DNA of 64,000 nucleotides, taken from Camelus ferus. Lineage: Eukaryota. The stretch's first letter is position 1. Every line of letters begins with the position of its first letter. Under the pieces are notes generated by a model. The model was not told the origin of the DNA. It did not search any database and saw only the letters and a program-made list of their open reading frames with translations. The stretch lies in the NCBI RefSeq assembly GCF_009834535.1, contig NC_045707.1:3720001-3784000 (forward strand). The letters are read 5' to 3'. A program made the position numbers and the translations under genes. Positions 24,239 through 60,338 of this stretch are shown here, piece by piece.

Positions 24239-25466
24239 CAGAGACCACCTCTAGTTGCTGGTGTCCTGCAGCCTTGGGGCGCCTTCCCCTCGCCAGGTCT
24301 GCTGTCTTCCCCGCCTTGGCCGCGCCTCGTGGCCCGCCTGTCTGATTGCCCAGGAGGGCGTGGACGGGCTGCCACCGACGGCAGCAGGACCGCTTCCTCT
24401 GCAGGGAAGGTGGCTCCCACACCTGTGCAGCCCGGCTTCTCCTTCCAAACGTGCCTGTTGAGGACCTGGAGCTGGGGTCACCAACTCCAGTACCTTCCAG
24501 GGGCCAGGCAGGTGACACCCATGAACCAGGCTGGGCTCCGTCAGGCTGACTTGATTTCAGGGGACTTGGTGGTGGGGACTGGGGTGATCTGGGGTGGATA
24601 TGCCGCAGCCAGATGGGGAGGTTCTTTTTCCCTTAAGTCAAATGTAGCATGTGGGGATGTCAGCCCAGTGGGCCCTGACCTTTCCATTTTTCAAAAGAAA
24701 CCAGAAATCCAGACGGTGTGTGTGTAATTTGTAAAGTTGGCAACTGATCTGAATTTAAACCAAGGGTAGGTTGCTGTGGTGTCACAGGTGGGCTGAATTT
24801 GTCCTGGGTCCTCCAGCTCGCTGCCTCTGGGCCACGTGCTGCGGCCTTTGAGATGGACGGCGGCTGTCCTCGTCACGTTGCACGCTTGGTCCTCAGGTTC
24901 TGGAAGGTGTGTGTGGAGACAGGCTTCCCATGGAATGTTCTGGAGCCAACCCTTGATCTGGTCCTCACTGTTTATTTGCTTGAGGCTGCAGGGCCATGTT
25001 TATTCTGCAGACCCGAACTTGGGTCATGTGGCCTGAGAGGATTATGTGAATCCCTCCAAGTGGGAGGGTTGGTTGAAATCTCTAAAATACTTTGATTTAT
25101 GGGGACAGCAAAATGACAGAATCCGGGAGAGCATAGGGCTTGTGGTTGTCAGAAGACATGGGGACTGCCCTGTGCTGCGTGCCAGGCCCACGGCGCTGTC
25201 CCTGCGGGTGGGTGTCTCAGGAGCCGTCAGAGCTGAGGCTGCGGGGCTTAGACCACATGGGCTGGGAGTGGAACTCCAAGCCCAGGGCCCCCTCAGTCTG
25301 GGTCCCTCCCACCCCTTTGGGTTTCCTTCTATGGGCTGTGGGTTTGGTGGGAAGACAGAAAGCTAACTTTTAATCCTGAGTAAGCTGCTTGTTAGTTAAA
25401 AGACTCTGGCCATAGTATCTCTGTGAGCCCCAGTTTTTACCGAGGGATAATCAGCCATCTCAGGTG

Positions 25467-25472
25467 TTTATT
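25467..25472 (-). terminator. C22orf23: Candidate polyadenylation signal of C22orf23
   Basis: TTTATT on + (AATAAA on -), about 570 nt past the stop codon. Confidence 0.55.
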
Positions 25473-25609
25473 GAGAGAATCAGCCGAGAGTGACCTTGGC
25501 ACCCGCCACAGCGCCTGGCCTGGGGTGCTCAGAAACGCTGGTTCCTGTTTTCACTTGAAATATGCAAACAACTAGAAACCACCTGGGCTTGAAAAATTCT
25601 AACCCCTTG

Positions 25610-25615
25610 AATAAA
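25610..25615 (+). terminator. MICALL1: Candidate distal polyadenylation signal of MICALL1
   Basis: AATAAA followed by an AT/GT-rich downstream region. Confidence 0.55.
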
Positions 25616-26036
25616 TAAGACTTATCCCTCAGAAAACAAAATGGTATGTGTAATGACCTATGTTAAACGTGTTTCATTGGCCAGTTAATCATAGTGGTTA
25701 AACATTTGCCCAAGGTGGTAAGAAGTCATATAAGTAGGTCCTAAGACACGTAGGAAGAAAGGAGTCATTCATTCCTAAGTTCAGAGAATCAAATGTGGAG
25801 GACATGGGGACACACAGTGGGTGAGGTAGTGGGAAGAGGGCCCAGTGGCCACCCTTAGACCCACGCCCGAGATGGTGAGACCTGGGTCTTGCTTTCAGTG
25901 TGTATGGGGGGACTCTTCCCCTGAGAAAAGACTCCAAGTCGTGTGTCTTGGTGCGTGTCTGTATCTGTGACTGGTCTCAGAGGCTCAGCTGACCTGGGAT
26001 CCTTGGGCCAGGTATCCAGGAGGATCAGTCTACTTT

Positions 26037-40696
<14,660 letters not shown>

Positions 40697-40764
40697 GCCG
40701 GCATCATCTTCCTGGCTGTGCCTCATCCCCAGTTTCTAGTCTCACATTCTTTATACGTGTAAAT

Positions 40765-40770
40765 AATAAA
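40765..40770 (+). terminator. POLR2F: POLR2F polyadenylation signal
   Basis: AATAAA 69 nt after the stop, followed by a T-rich tract. Confidence 0.8.
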
Positions 40771-42779
40771 CCCTTTGACTTTTCAAACCCCTCTGCCTCC
40801 AGCTACCTGCAAGGCCCTCTTGCTTCTTCCCTGTTACTGCCCTGCTGCTTGGAGGGTGCACTCGTCCCAGTGGCCCTGTGACTGTCACTTCTTGAAGAGG
40901 CACCAGGGCCCTCCCCCCGTGACTCTCCCTACATCTCGCCATCCACCAGAGCAGAGGCGGCTGCAGGGAGACACCTCAGCTGCCTTCCCAGCAGACAGAC
41001 GAGCCTNNNNNNNNNNNNNNNNNNNNNNNNNNNNNNNNNNNNNNNNNNNNNNNNNNNNNNNNNNNNNNNNNNNNNNNNNNNNNNNNNNNNNNNNNNNNNN
41101 NNNNNNNNNNNNNNNNNNNNNNNNNNNNNNNNNNNNNNNNNNNNNNNNNNNNNNNNNNNNNNNNNNNNNNNNNNNNNNNNNNNNNNNNNNNNNNCAGGAA
41201 GCCTGGGGATGCAGTGATCTCCTGCCCTCCCCAAGAGAGCCCTGCTGGGCAAGTCAGCAGCTGGAGCGAGGGCCGAGCACCTGCCCACCTCTTCCCCCAA
41301 CCCTGGTCCCCACTTGTTAGGCCACTCCCTGCACACTGTCCTTGGTGACCCACCTCTCTGGTCTGCCACACCCATACCTTCTCATTCTTAGCCTCTGGAA
41401 AGATGTCATTTCTCTTCTGTGTGGGGCCCTGCTCCTACAAGGCCTTCCCTAGGATGGGTGCTGGGATGATGGCGGGCAGGGAAGCAGGGCTTCTGGGTTC
41501 AAGGCATGACATTAAATCAGGACCAGAACTCCTCTTCCTCTGCTCTAGGTCCTAGTGGGGCCTGTTCTTACCCAGCCTGCAGGAAGACCAGTCAGTCACA
41601 CTGGTTCTTCCCTCCCTCCAGGCTGGGTGGAGGGACCTCAGGGAGAGGGTATGTATTGACACTAACAGGGATAGAAGGGAAGATTGGCTCCCTCAATATT
41701 CCAGCCTTGACCTCCATTCTGCTGCCAGCTCCCCTTCCGGGAAGAGGAGGATCAGGCTTGCCTGACCTCTGCAAGAGGCAGGGCGCTTGAGGGTGGGTGC
41801 ACCCTGGACAGGGTGGGAGCCATGAGCATCCCCAGGAGCAGGAGNNNNNNNNNNNNNNNNNNNNNNNNNNNNNNNNNNNNNNNNNNNNNNNNNNNNNNNN
41901 NNNNNNNNNNNNNNNNNNNNNNNNNNNNNNNNNNNNNNNNNNNNNNNNNNNNNNNNNNNNNNNNNNNNNNNNNNNNNNNNNNNNNNNNNNNNNNNNNNNN
42001 CCAGAGTGCGGGGGTCATTTTCTCGGCCCCGTTTCTCTAAATGGTCTCTTTGTTCCTGCTGGGCCGCTCAGTATCAGATGTGATTAAAGGGAGATGGGGT
42101 TTGGGTGGAGGAGGAGAGAAGGGGCTGGGAGAGGGAGGGGGTTAACCCTTAGGGGATAGGGTGTAGAGGAGATGGAGAAAGGGTGTTTTTCCTCCCACCT
42201 CCCCCTTCCCGTTCTGCTCCTCTTTCAAGGAATCAGTCCTTGCTACTCAGCTGGCCAAGACTGGGCATAGTCTTCTCAGTCCTCTCCAGAAACACCTGTC
42301 CCCTTCTCTGTTTACACTCAGAGCCCCTACTTTACTGAGGCCTGAGCACATTGGAAGCATAGGTCTAAGGCATGAACACAAGCCAGGTCTTCCGACTTCT
42401 CCAGGGTTATTTGTTCTTTTGGGCCGCTTCCCCGCCTCCCGTGTCCCCAGTGACTTCCCAGACGATCTTCGTGAGGTGCAGGGTCCTGGAGGTGGTAGTT
42501 TCACCTTCTCAATGTAGCCCTTCCCACTCGCCCCGCTCCATGTCCACAGTCCCACTGAGCACAGGTGCAGACCGGAGGTGACAGCAGACCAGACATGGAC
42601 TAATGTCCTGCTTTTCACCAGCAGGAAAGGGTGGGTTGTAAAAATTATGAGCACATAAGGTTAGTACTGATTTGTCCCTAACAAAGTTCTAGAATAGGCT
42701 ACTGCATATTTGAAAACACTTATATAATAAAAGATTTTGGAGCTAGGGTAGGGTTTCTAAGAACGCTGCTGAAAGTGAA

Positions 42780-43330
42780 CCAAATACTCTTTTTTCAATG
42801 GTTATTGATCTGGTAGGTTGGGGGATTGCCACGGACAGAGTGAACCTTGACTTTAACAAGACATCAGACAGTCTTTCTGTGGCCAGGATGGAGAAGTATG
42901 TACTTTAAGGTGATATAATTAGATAGACTGAGAAGTGATTGGACACTCTTTCCTTGAGAGTACAGGTAACAGAACTGATGATGGAGGGGTATTTAGTGGC
43001 GCACACAGGGCCTTTCCCTCTTCTTCCCAACCTTTTTTATTAGTGACCTGAATGAGGGTATTCAAGTTTCAGAGACGTAACTCTGAAGGAGAGTTATAGG
43101 TTGGATTCAGAAAATTCCAAAGGATTTAAGATAAGTGACGAAATGGTCAAATCCAACAAGATGAAATCTGTTAAAGGTCAGTATAAAATCCTGCATTTAT
43201 CTCCGACACAACAAAATCAACAAAACACCAGAAAACAGCTTATATACAGTTCGGGGGTGATCTGACTTGGCCGCAGGTTTTATGCACAAGAGCAGGGGTT
43301 CTGCTTTGTGGCAGCCACAGCTTTGGCCAG
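42780..43330 (+). mobile_element. Ancient L3/CR1 LINE ORF2 (reverse transcriptase) fossil
   Basis: Degenerate peptides LDFNKTSD (42846-42869; cf. LDFSKAFD), FISDLNEGI (from 43036; cf. FINDLDEG) and NKMKSVKGQYKILHL (cf. NRMKFNKDKCKVLHL). Confidence 0.7.
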
Positions 43331-43991
43331 GTGGCCTGAAGAACTTGCGTGCCACAGCCTCCAGTTGGCAGTTTGGCCTCCCTGGGGGACTGGGCTAGTT
43401 CTTGGTGCTCCGTATCCCACCCGAGGTCCTAACTAGGAGGTGAGGGGCTGGAGCCCACAGGCAGAAGAAACAGATACAGAGCTGGGGATGCTGGTCTGGA
43501 GCGGTGAAATAAGCATCGCTCCAGGTGACAAGCGGAAGGAGGGCAGGTGGAAGAGATGGTGGTTAAGAGCGCAAGCCTTGGAGTCAGCTGGCTTCATATT
43601 CTGGCGCTAGCACTTCTTGGCACCAGCCTCTCAAAGTGTCAGTTCTCCATCTGGAAAATGGGGATAATGATTGGACCCACTCCCTCATAGACCTGAACGG
43701 TACAAAGCACTCAGCCGGGGAGTGCGCAGTGCACGGTAGCTATTAGTTACTATGAGCTGGGTATAAGGAAAGACTTCCAACCACCAGAGCTGTCCATCAG
43801 TGGAGCATGGGGGAAGACATTTCCCCTGTCCCTGAGGTGGAGGAGCTCCTAGCCCCCGAGTGCAGGTTGGAATTCTGCTGAGGAAAGAGCTTTTGGGAAG
43901 GGAGCCCTGAAGGATTAGATGGCATGTCTGCCATCCTGCTTTACGCTCAGACGTGGGCAGCTGCTATGAGGACTCACCTGGATCCTGCACT

Positions 43992-43993
<2 letters not shown>

Positions 43994-44043
<50 letters not shown>
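43994..44043. repeat. (GT)25 microsatellite
   Basis: Directly visible. Confidence 0.95.
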
Positions 44044-44044
<1 letters not shown>

Positions 44045-44466
44045 GGGGGAGCTGGCAAGAGGAAGGTACAGTGAGAGGAGGCCCATCCTCCATCCTAATG
44101 GCAAGATGGCAAGACAGCAGGCCTGACCCACCTTTCTTTCAAATACCTGTTCCTTGAATTCTTGGCAAGGCCCTCTCTCTCTCGGGTGAGCAAAGGGGCT
44201 GCTTGGAAGGCACTCTGGTGAGTTCCAGCTGAGCCAGCAAGTGGCCCACCTGCAGTGTGGGCACAGCTGGGCTGCGGCCAGGGCTCCCACCCAAGGCCTC
44301 AGTCCTGAGCACACACTGACCCCACTGTGATGCCAGTTGTCCTGACCCATTGCACTGGGAGAGAGGAGACCTTTGGATTATGTGTCCTTTGCATTCAACC
44401 GCTAGCTACTTCCAGAAAGTGTTTGAAGAAGCATAGGTACAGGGATAAGAGACCAAGAGACAGGCC

Positions 44467-45682
44467 NNNNNNNNNNNNNNNNNNNNNNNNNNNNNNNNNN
44501 NNNNNNNNNNNNNNNNNNNNNNNNNNNNNNNNNNNNNNNNNNNNNNNNNNNNNNNNNNNNNNNNNNNNNNNNNNNNNNNNNNNNNNNNNNNNNNGAGGGA
44601 GGCAGTAATGAGTTACATGTGGACCACGGGGGCTGCAGAACAGGAAAATAGGGGCAGAACAGAGCTACATACTTTATTCAAATACCACTGGGAGGCAAAG
44701 GGCAAAAGGCCAGGGCAGAATGTACACGTCAGGAGTTCAGTGTCTTCAGCCTGCTGACAGCAACCTGGGTCTCCCTGGAGCCAAGGGCTTGGGCCTGGGC
44801 AGCTGTAACTCTCGGGGAAGCCCAGGGAGTTGGGGCTGACAGAGTAGGGGCCACAGAGCCTGGAGGGAAGAGAGAGTTGGCGGGGGCCCGGGAGGAAGGG
44901 TCTGAATTGTCTCCGAATCCTTTCCCGGAGCCCCTGCCTCCTTGCCTCCTGGGATGTGCCTCAAAGTCTGCGAGGTTGCAGTGAAGGAGGACCTGGGCCC
45001 TCTTTCTCCATTAGACAAAGAATGAGGTTATTGGCATGGAATTGGATCTAGGGGGCCTCTGTGCCAATTCCTTCCTGTGTTTAGGAGGGGAGGGGGCACT
45101 CAAGGGATGAGGAGACGGCCCTCTGAGCCCCCACCCCACCCCTACTCCATCAAGGCTGTTCAAAGCTGTCCTCAGCCCCCAAGGGGCAGACATAGCCTGC
45201 TCCAGGCCCTGATGCAGGTCTCTGGTTGGCTTGGGCACACAACACAGGAGGCACAGGTTATGTCAGACCCCTCATTCCCCACGAAAGAGGAAACACGGGC
45301 ATCAGAGTGGCAAGGCCTCCGATTCCCATCCCACCCTCGAGGCTTCCCCTCCTTCCAGAGGAGGATGAGCAGGGCCTTCTCAGATCCTGGGGCCGAGGGT
45401 CATTCCTGGGGGGAAGGTGCAGCCCCTCATTTTTCAGTCTAGGGGCAACAATCAACCTCCTTCTCCTCTGCCCAGCCGAGTTGCCCAGGGCTGTGCCTGG
45501 GCTGGAGCCCAGACTGGATGGGGTGGGGTCATCAAAGGCAATGAGCCAGACAGAAGGCCTTCCCCCAGCTGTCAGCCTCTGCAGCCTGCTCCACAGCCGC
45601 CACCGGGCCTGAGATGGGTGAGGAAAAGGGTGCAAGGGCTGGGGGAAGGGACAGGGTGGTGGTGGTGGTGACAGGAACNNNN
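44467..45682 (-). other. SOX10: SOX10 3' UTR (end probably within or near N-run 44467-44594)
   Basis: Follows the inferred stop; AATAAA on - at 44673-44678; the distal signal is probably masked. Confidence 0.65.
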
Positions 45683-54480
<8,798 letters not shown>

Positions 54481-54817
54481 CCTCCGCGTCTTCCCACCAC
54501 CTGGTCCCAACCGTCTCTCGGTGTGGGTGGGTTTGGGTGTTTTTTTTTTTTTTTTAAACCTCCTCTTGGGTGGAGGTTTGTTGATGGAAAGGAAGAAAAA
54601 CGGACTCTTTATTCTGCTCTAATCCTAGCTCCTGGAATTTCCCACCTTTTCTCTCACCTTTCCTTCTTCCCTTCCGTCTACCCACGACAGAGTCTAGAGG
54701 AGCCTGGTGGGGAACAGATGCGTGTGTCAGCCTCTCTCCACCCCACGCCCCACAGCAGGGTCCCAGACCTGGGCCCCGGAAGGGAGGAGCGGAGGAGCGG
54801 GCTGCGCACTCACTCAC

Positions 54818-55035
54818 CTCCTCGGACCTCTCCTCCAGTCTGGGGCTTGTCCTTAGGAAGTGGAAAACCGAGTCCCAAGGTGTGCGGTCCAGCTCGGGGC
54901 TGGGGGGGTGACGCTGGTGGGCTGGGAGGGAGGGGCTGGGGGCCCTGAGCCTCAGGCCACGGCCTCGTCAGGACAGAGCCTGTATCCTCACCACCAACCA
55001 CCCTGGCCGGACAGCCTGAGACTGACTGAGCCCTG
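54818..55035 (-). other. SOX10: SOX10 non-coding exon 1 (TSS approximate, abuts masked promoter 55036-55170)
   Basis: Donor GAG|gtgagt at 54818; sequence resembles the recalled human SOX10 mRNA 5' end; I saw no ATG in the 5' UTR. Confidence 0.75.
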
Positions 55036-58000
55036 NNNNNNNNNNNNNNNNNNNNNNNNNNNNNNNNNNNNNNNNNNNNNNNNNNNNNNNNNNNNNNNNN
55101 NNNNNNNNNNNNNNNNNNNNNNNNNNNNNNNNNNNNNNNNNNNNNNNNNNNNNNNNNNNNNNNNNNNNNNCACCCCAGCTCCCCTGCTGCTGCCCCAGGC
55201 CCATCCTGGGAGGTGTAGGAGTGGGGGTGGTCAGGCCAGGAAAGCCAATGGATGCAGGTGGGCAGGGTCAGAACCTGTTGCTTGGAGGAATATTGGGCCC
55301 AACTAGGACCCCCCAACCCGCTGCCTTAGGTGGCAAAGGATTGGGGAGGGATGAGGAGAAGGCAAGTGAAGATTCTATTGCATGTGAGGGCTCTGGCCTG
55401 TGTTGCTTCACTTAAGACCTCTTATTGAGTGCCTGACTGAGTGCCAGTGGCCAGGCACTGCTTCCCAACCTGTGTCAACCTACCTCCTACCCCCCACCCA
55501 GGCTGCCCTTTCTGTTTCAACTTAAGAGAAGATCGCAGGTCCATACCTGGTTAGGCAGGACACAACTGGACACCCCCTGCCCAGGGCAGAAGCCCCAGCT
55601 TGACCCCTGGCCCTCTCTCACCAGACACTCAGCACACATAAGGGCTGGGCTGGGTTGGCTCAAGGTAGAAAGACAGGACTAAAGTGCACAGGAGGCTGGG
55701 TGTGAGCTAGGCTGGGGTCCTCTTCAAGTATATCTGAAAGGCTTCTGGGGCCCCACTTCCTGGGACCCAACTCCTACCATCCTGGGTTCATGCTTTTGGT
55801 ATGGGAGGCCCAGTTCTGCTTGTCATGAAGTCCCCCACTCCCCCACCCCAAGAAAGGGTGGGGGATTGCCCTGCCTCCCTCTTCCTCCTGTCTACCCACT
55901 TCCCCTCTCAGCCCCATCCCCAGCCGGGTGACCCCTCTACTTTTCTGTCCTGCCCATCATCCAAGGCTTTCCCAGGTCTCTCCTCCAAAGATCACAGCCC
56001 CTCTCTCTTCTTGAATGGTGGGTGTTGAGGCAGAGGTGAGGATGTGCAGGGAGGATAGATGGAGCCTGGGCCATGCTGGTAGCCACATTTAGTTCTGAGC
56101 TCCTCAGCAGCTGGGCAAGGCCCCAGGCCCACCCCAAGGGAGTCCTGTCTGGAGTGAGGCTGGAAAGGGGGTCTAGGCAAGGCCTTAAGCTTGGGAAAGG
56201 CCAAGCGGGTNNNNNNNNNNNNNNNNNNNNNNNNNNNNNNNNNNNNNNNNNNNNNNNNNNNNNNNNNNNNNNNNNNNNNNNNNNNNNNNNNNNNNNNNNN
56301 NNNNNNNNNNNNNNNNNNNNNNNNNNNNNNNNNNNNNNNNNNNNNNNNNNNNNNNNNNNNNNNNNNNNNNNNNNNNNNNNNNNNNNNNNNNNNNNNNNNN
56401 NNNNNNNNNNNNNNNNNNNNNNNNNNNNNNNNNNNNNNNNNNNNNNNNNNNNNNNNNNNNNNNNNNNNNNNNNNNNNNNNNNNNNNNNNNNNNNNNNNNN
56501 NNNNNNNNNNNNNNNNNNNNNNNNNNNNNNNNNNNNNNNNNNNNNNNNNNNNNNNNNNNNNNNNNNNNNNNNNNNNNNNNNNNNNNNNNNNNNNNNNNNN
56601 NNNNNNNNNNNNNNNNNNNNNNNNCCGCCCAGAGAGGAGCCGCCCTGGATGGACAGAGGGACGGAGGGACAAGCATCCAGCCAGTCGTGTCCGGCTGCCC
56701 GCAGCAGTCTCCGACACCCGCTGCTGCCAGCCCGCTGCCCGCCTGCCTGGCATCTCTTGATCCCGGTGGGTCCCCGCTCATCCTTCCACCCCTTGGTTCC
56801 TCCTCTTGAGGAGGTGTGGTGTCTGTGTTGTCTGTGATTCGGCCTGAGACCCCCTGGAGCACAGAGGGGTGCCTGTGGAGGGTAGGAAGCCAGGTGTGGG
56901 GTCCCACAGCTCCCCTCTTGACTCCCCGCCTCCACCCTTACCCTCTGGGCCCAGCTGTGCCAGGATGAGGGTGGGGGTGGCAGTGGGCGCTCTAGGTCTG
57001 CAGAGAAGCCACACTGGACAGAGGGGACCTCTCTTTCCCCTTCCCTCTGTCTCTTTCTTTCTCTCTCCTCCTGTTTCCACAGTGCTGTGCTGGGCTTTCT
57101 GCTGAGAGGTGCTGGGTGAAGCAGGTGGGCCTGCAGGGGTGCGGGGGAAGTGCTGTCAGATGCCCAGGGCTGTGGGTGGAGGGCACCCCCTGCTGTAAAC
57201 ACACTACCTACCATGCTGGCAACTCTGATCCCCTCCATCCACTGCAGGCCCTGGGGCCCAGCTCTCTCTAGCAGGGGAGGGTGAAGTTCCCATATTCATC
57301 CCTGGAGAGCAGGGAGTTGGAGAGGGGGAGGGCTCCAGGATGAAGACACCAGGGCCTCAGCTCTTGGTAGAGCAACCAGGTGGCCACTGCCACCTTCTGC
57401 TCCCTTCTCTGCTCAGGGTGGGAGGGGTCCTTTTCCCTCTCATTCCCGACCCTTCCCCAAGGATGCTGGTGTCCCCCTTACCGCAACCCCCATCCTGGGT
57501 GAGGCGTGGTGACTGGTGGACTCAGTAGCCTGTTCTCTCTCCCCAACAGGGAGGGCCAAAAGTGTGAATGTAATGGTGAGATTCAGGCTTCCTTCCCAGG
57601 GCAGAGGCCTTTCAGGAGTAGCAGGGTTTTTTCTGGGATCAAACCTGGGTTCTGTGAGGCTGGTCCCAGATTTATACCTTGGATGGGCCCCTGACAGGAG
57701 AAGAGTGAACGAAATTCTGTCAGTCAGATGTAAACACCCTGATGACCCTGCCTGGAGGAGCTGCGCTGGTCCTGCTTTGTGGAAGTCCCCACCCTTGGTT
57801 CCCAATCCTGAACCCCAGTCCCTTGTCTGTCCCCTGGGGCGATGGTCACCTCCCGTCTGCCTGCCTCCCAGGACCCTCTGGGATGAGAAGGGGAAATCTG
57901 CTATTCGGCCAAGCCAGGGCTGCGCAGGCTGAGGGGTGGGGCTGGTCAGGTCGAGCTTCCACTCCGGCCTTGGTTTCCCTAGGTGGGCACTCCCTCCGAG

Positions 58001-60338
58001 GACAGGGCGGTGGGCCCGAGGAGGGGATGCTGGGAAGGCACTCTGCCACCTCTAGGCACCACGTGAGTGAGACCTGCATGGTCCAGGCTGTCCTCTCTCG
58101 CTCCCTCAGGCCTGGGCCCCGCTCCCAGTTTCTGAGCAGCTCCCTGGCGGTTGCCTTGAGCCTGCTTCTAATCCTTGCTGCACTTGAGGGTCTCTGCGGT
58201 GTCTTAAAGACACACAAAGCCTGGATCCCCTGCAGATTGTCTGATTCTGAATTTCTGGGGATGAGGTCCAGAAATGTTTACTTTTTGAAGCTCCCTAGGA
58301 GGCCCTGCTCTCCCTCTCTGGGGTCTCTGGAACACCAAGGCTGTGTTGAATCCCTGCAGAACCCAGAATCTCCTGGGAGAGGGGAGGGGGCTGGGCTGTG
58401 GGCCCCAGAGCTGGAGGCCAGAACTGCAGGGACCCTGGGCTGTGCAGGGAATTGTGGGGATGTGGCAGGGGAGGGGCTGTGTTTGGGGAGGGGGAGGGCT
58501 GAGGGGCACGGGTCAGGGTCAAGGATACATTAATGACTGAGACAGGAGCTGAGTCTGGGTGAGTGTATGAGGGGTGGAAGCTCCCTTAAACGTTTCCTAG
58601 CTCCCCCACTCCCACCCCCACCCCCCCAGTATGTTCTTCTGGGTTTGGGTGCAGTGGAAAGAGCACTGGTCTTGGAGTTAGGAAATCCTGCTGCTAGTAT
58701 CCACATGGCCTTGGGCAAATGATGCTGTTAACCTCTCAGGACTTGGTTTTTGTGTGTATAGAACGTGGATAATTTAATATATCATATCCCCAAGTGGATG
58801 GGAGAATTAAACAAGAATACACACACACACGTGCACACGTACACACACATTTGGTGCGGAATAAATGCCCGATAAATGGTAATTAGAAAAGTAGTTTAGG
58901 AACCAGGAGGTGGGGAATGCTCACTTCAGTTCAAGTGCACAAGTGTTTACTGCGCAGCCGCGGTGCATTTGCCTCAGGAGCCTGTAATCTGCCTGTTGAA
59001 TCCCGACATCGGACCAGGGCGGTCTGTGATAAACCTTCATGAGTGGGCCTCTCCTGTCTGTGCCCCTTCAGTAGCGAAGGCCCACACTTCCAGAGCCCCC
59101 CAGGGGCTGGCCCAGCTCGGGGCGCCTCTGTCCATGGAGTCTCAACAACTCTGTGTGGGTGCTGTCATTATTTTCCTTCTAGGAAGGAAACTGAGGCACA
59201 GAGAGGTTCAGTGACGTGCCCTGGCTCACCCAGCTAATGATGGGAGGGAGTGGACTGGTACCCACGCGCAGAGCCCCGGGGGCTGTTCCGTCCTCCTCCC
59301 GGCCCCTCTCCCCCAGGACTTTGCACTTGCTCTGAGCTCCTAGTCACTGCTTACAGCCCAGCTCAGAGGCCCTCTCTCTAGGAACGCACTCTTGGACACC
59401 CCTTGGTTGGAATTCTCTTCCTATATTACTTTCCCGGAGAGGAGAGGGAGATGGTTTCATTCCTGCCTCACCTCCTCACTTCACAGCCTGGCATTCAGTC
59501 TCCACTTTCTACGGGGTGCCCCCTTGAGGGCAGGGCCATGCCTTCCTCGTGGTCTCAGCCTTTCCAGGGCCCAGCACAACCTCAGGGATTCTTCTCTGGG
59601 TTGAGTTGCAGTCAGAGTTCCAAGGACAAAAAAGATAGGGGAGGCTGGGATAGTGGCTTCCTGGAGGCGGAGGGCCTGAGCACTCGGGGAGGAGGGACAG
59701 CATTCCAGGCCTGTCCCAACAAGGGCTCTTGCCCGTCCCTGTTTCTGGTCCAAGCCTAGGGTCGAGGACCTGGGCCAGGAAGGCAGCTCCTGGGGCCCAA
59801 GCTTTCCTTCCCCTCCCAACCCCACCCACTCCGGGAACAAGGAAGCCGGGGCCAGTGCCCAGCGCTGCCTTGGGGCAGCTGGCCTCTGCCCTCTTCTTAG
59901 AAGCACTGAGTGGAGACTGCTTGTTCCTGTCATCCAGACCCAGCTGCCGGAAAGCCCTTCCTGGTGTCTGCTCGAACCTCTCATGCTGCAGTGAACTTTT
60001 GTGATTGTACCCTCTGTGCAGGACTCTGGGCCAGGAGCTAGGGTGGTGATGTGATGGGGGCCAGACCTGGCTTTGAGGAATTCAGAGTTTGATGGGAGAG
60101 ACCGACGTGGAAACCCAGAATGCTGTCACAGCCAAGGTCCTCCATGGCCAAACAGGGATGGAGGCTCAAGTCCCAGATGGGCTGTGGGGGCCCTGTGTCT
60201 CCTCGGCCACCTTCCTTCCTCTCCAGGCCTTGTCTTCCTCGTGCATAATGTGAGGGGCAGGCTGGGTTATCTCTGAGGGCATTTCCAGGTTCGATAGCCC
60301 AAGAAGTCTATTTCAAAACAAGAGGCCGATGCCTGACC

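Noticed and set aside
55937-58533. Long minus-strand ORFs (433 aa, 263 aa) upstream of SOX10
   Set aside because: One is inflated by 415 Ns, the other runs through MER5-like repeat sequence; no recognisable domain or codon signal.
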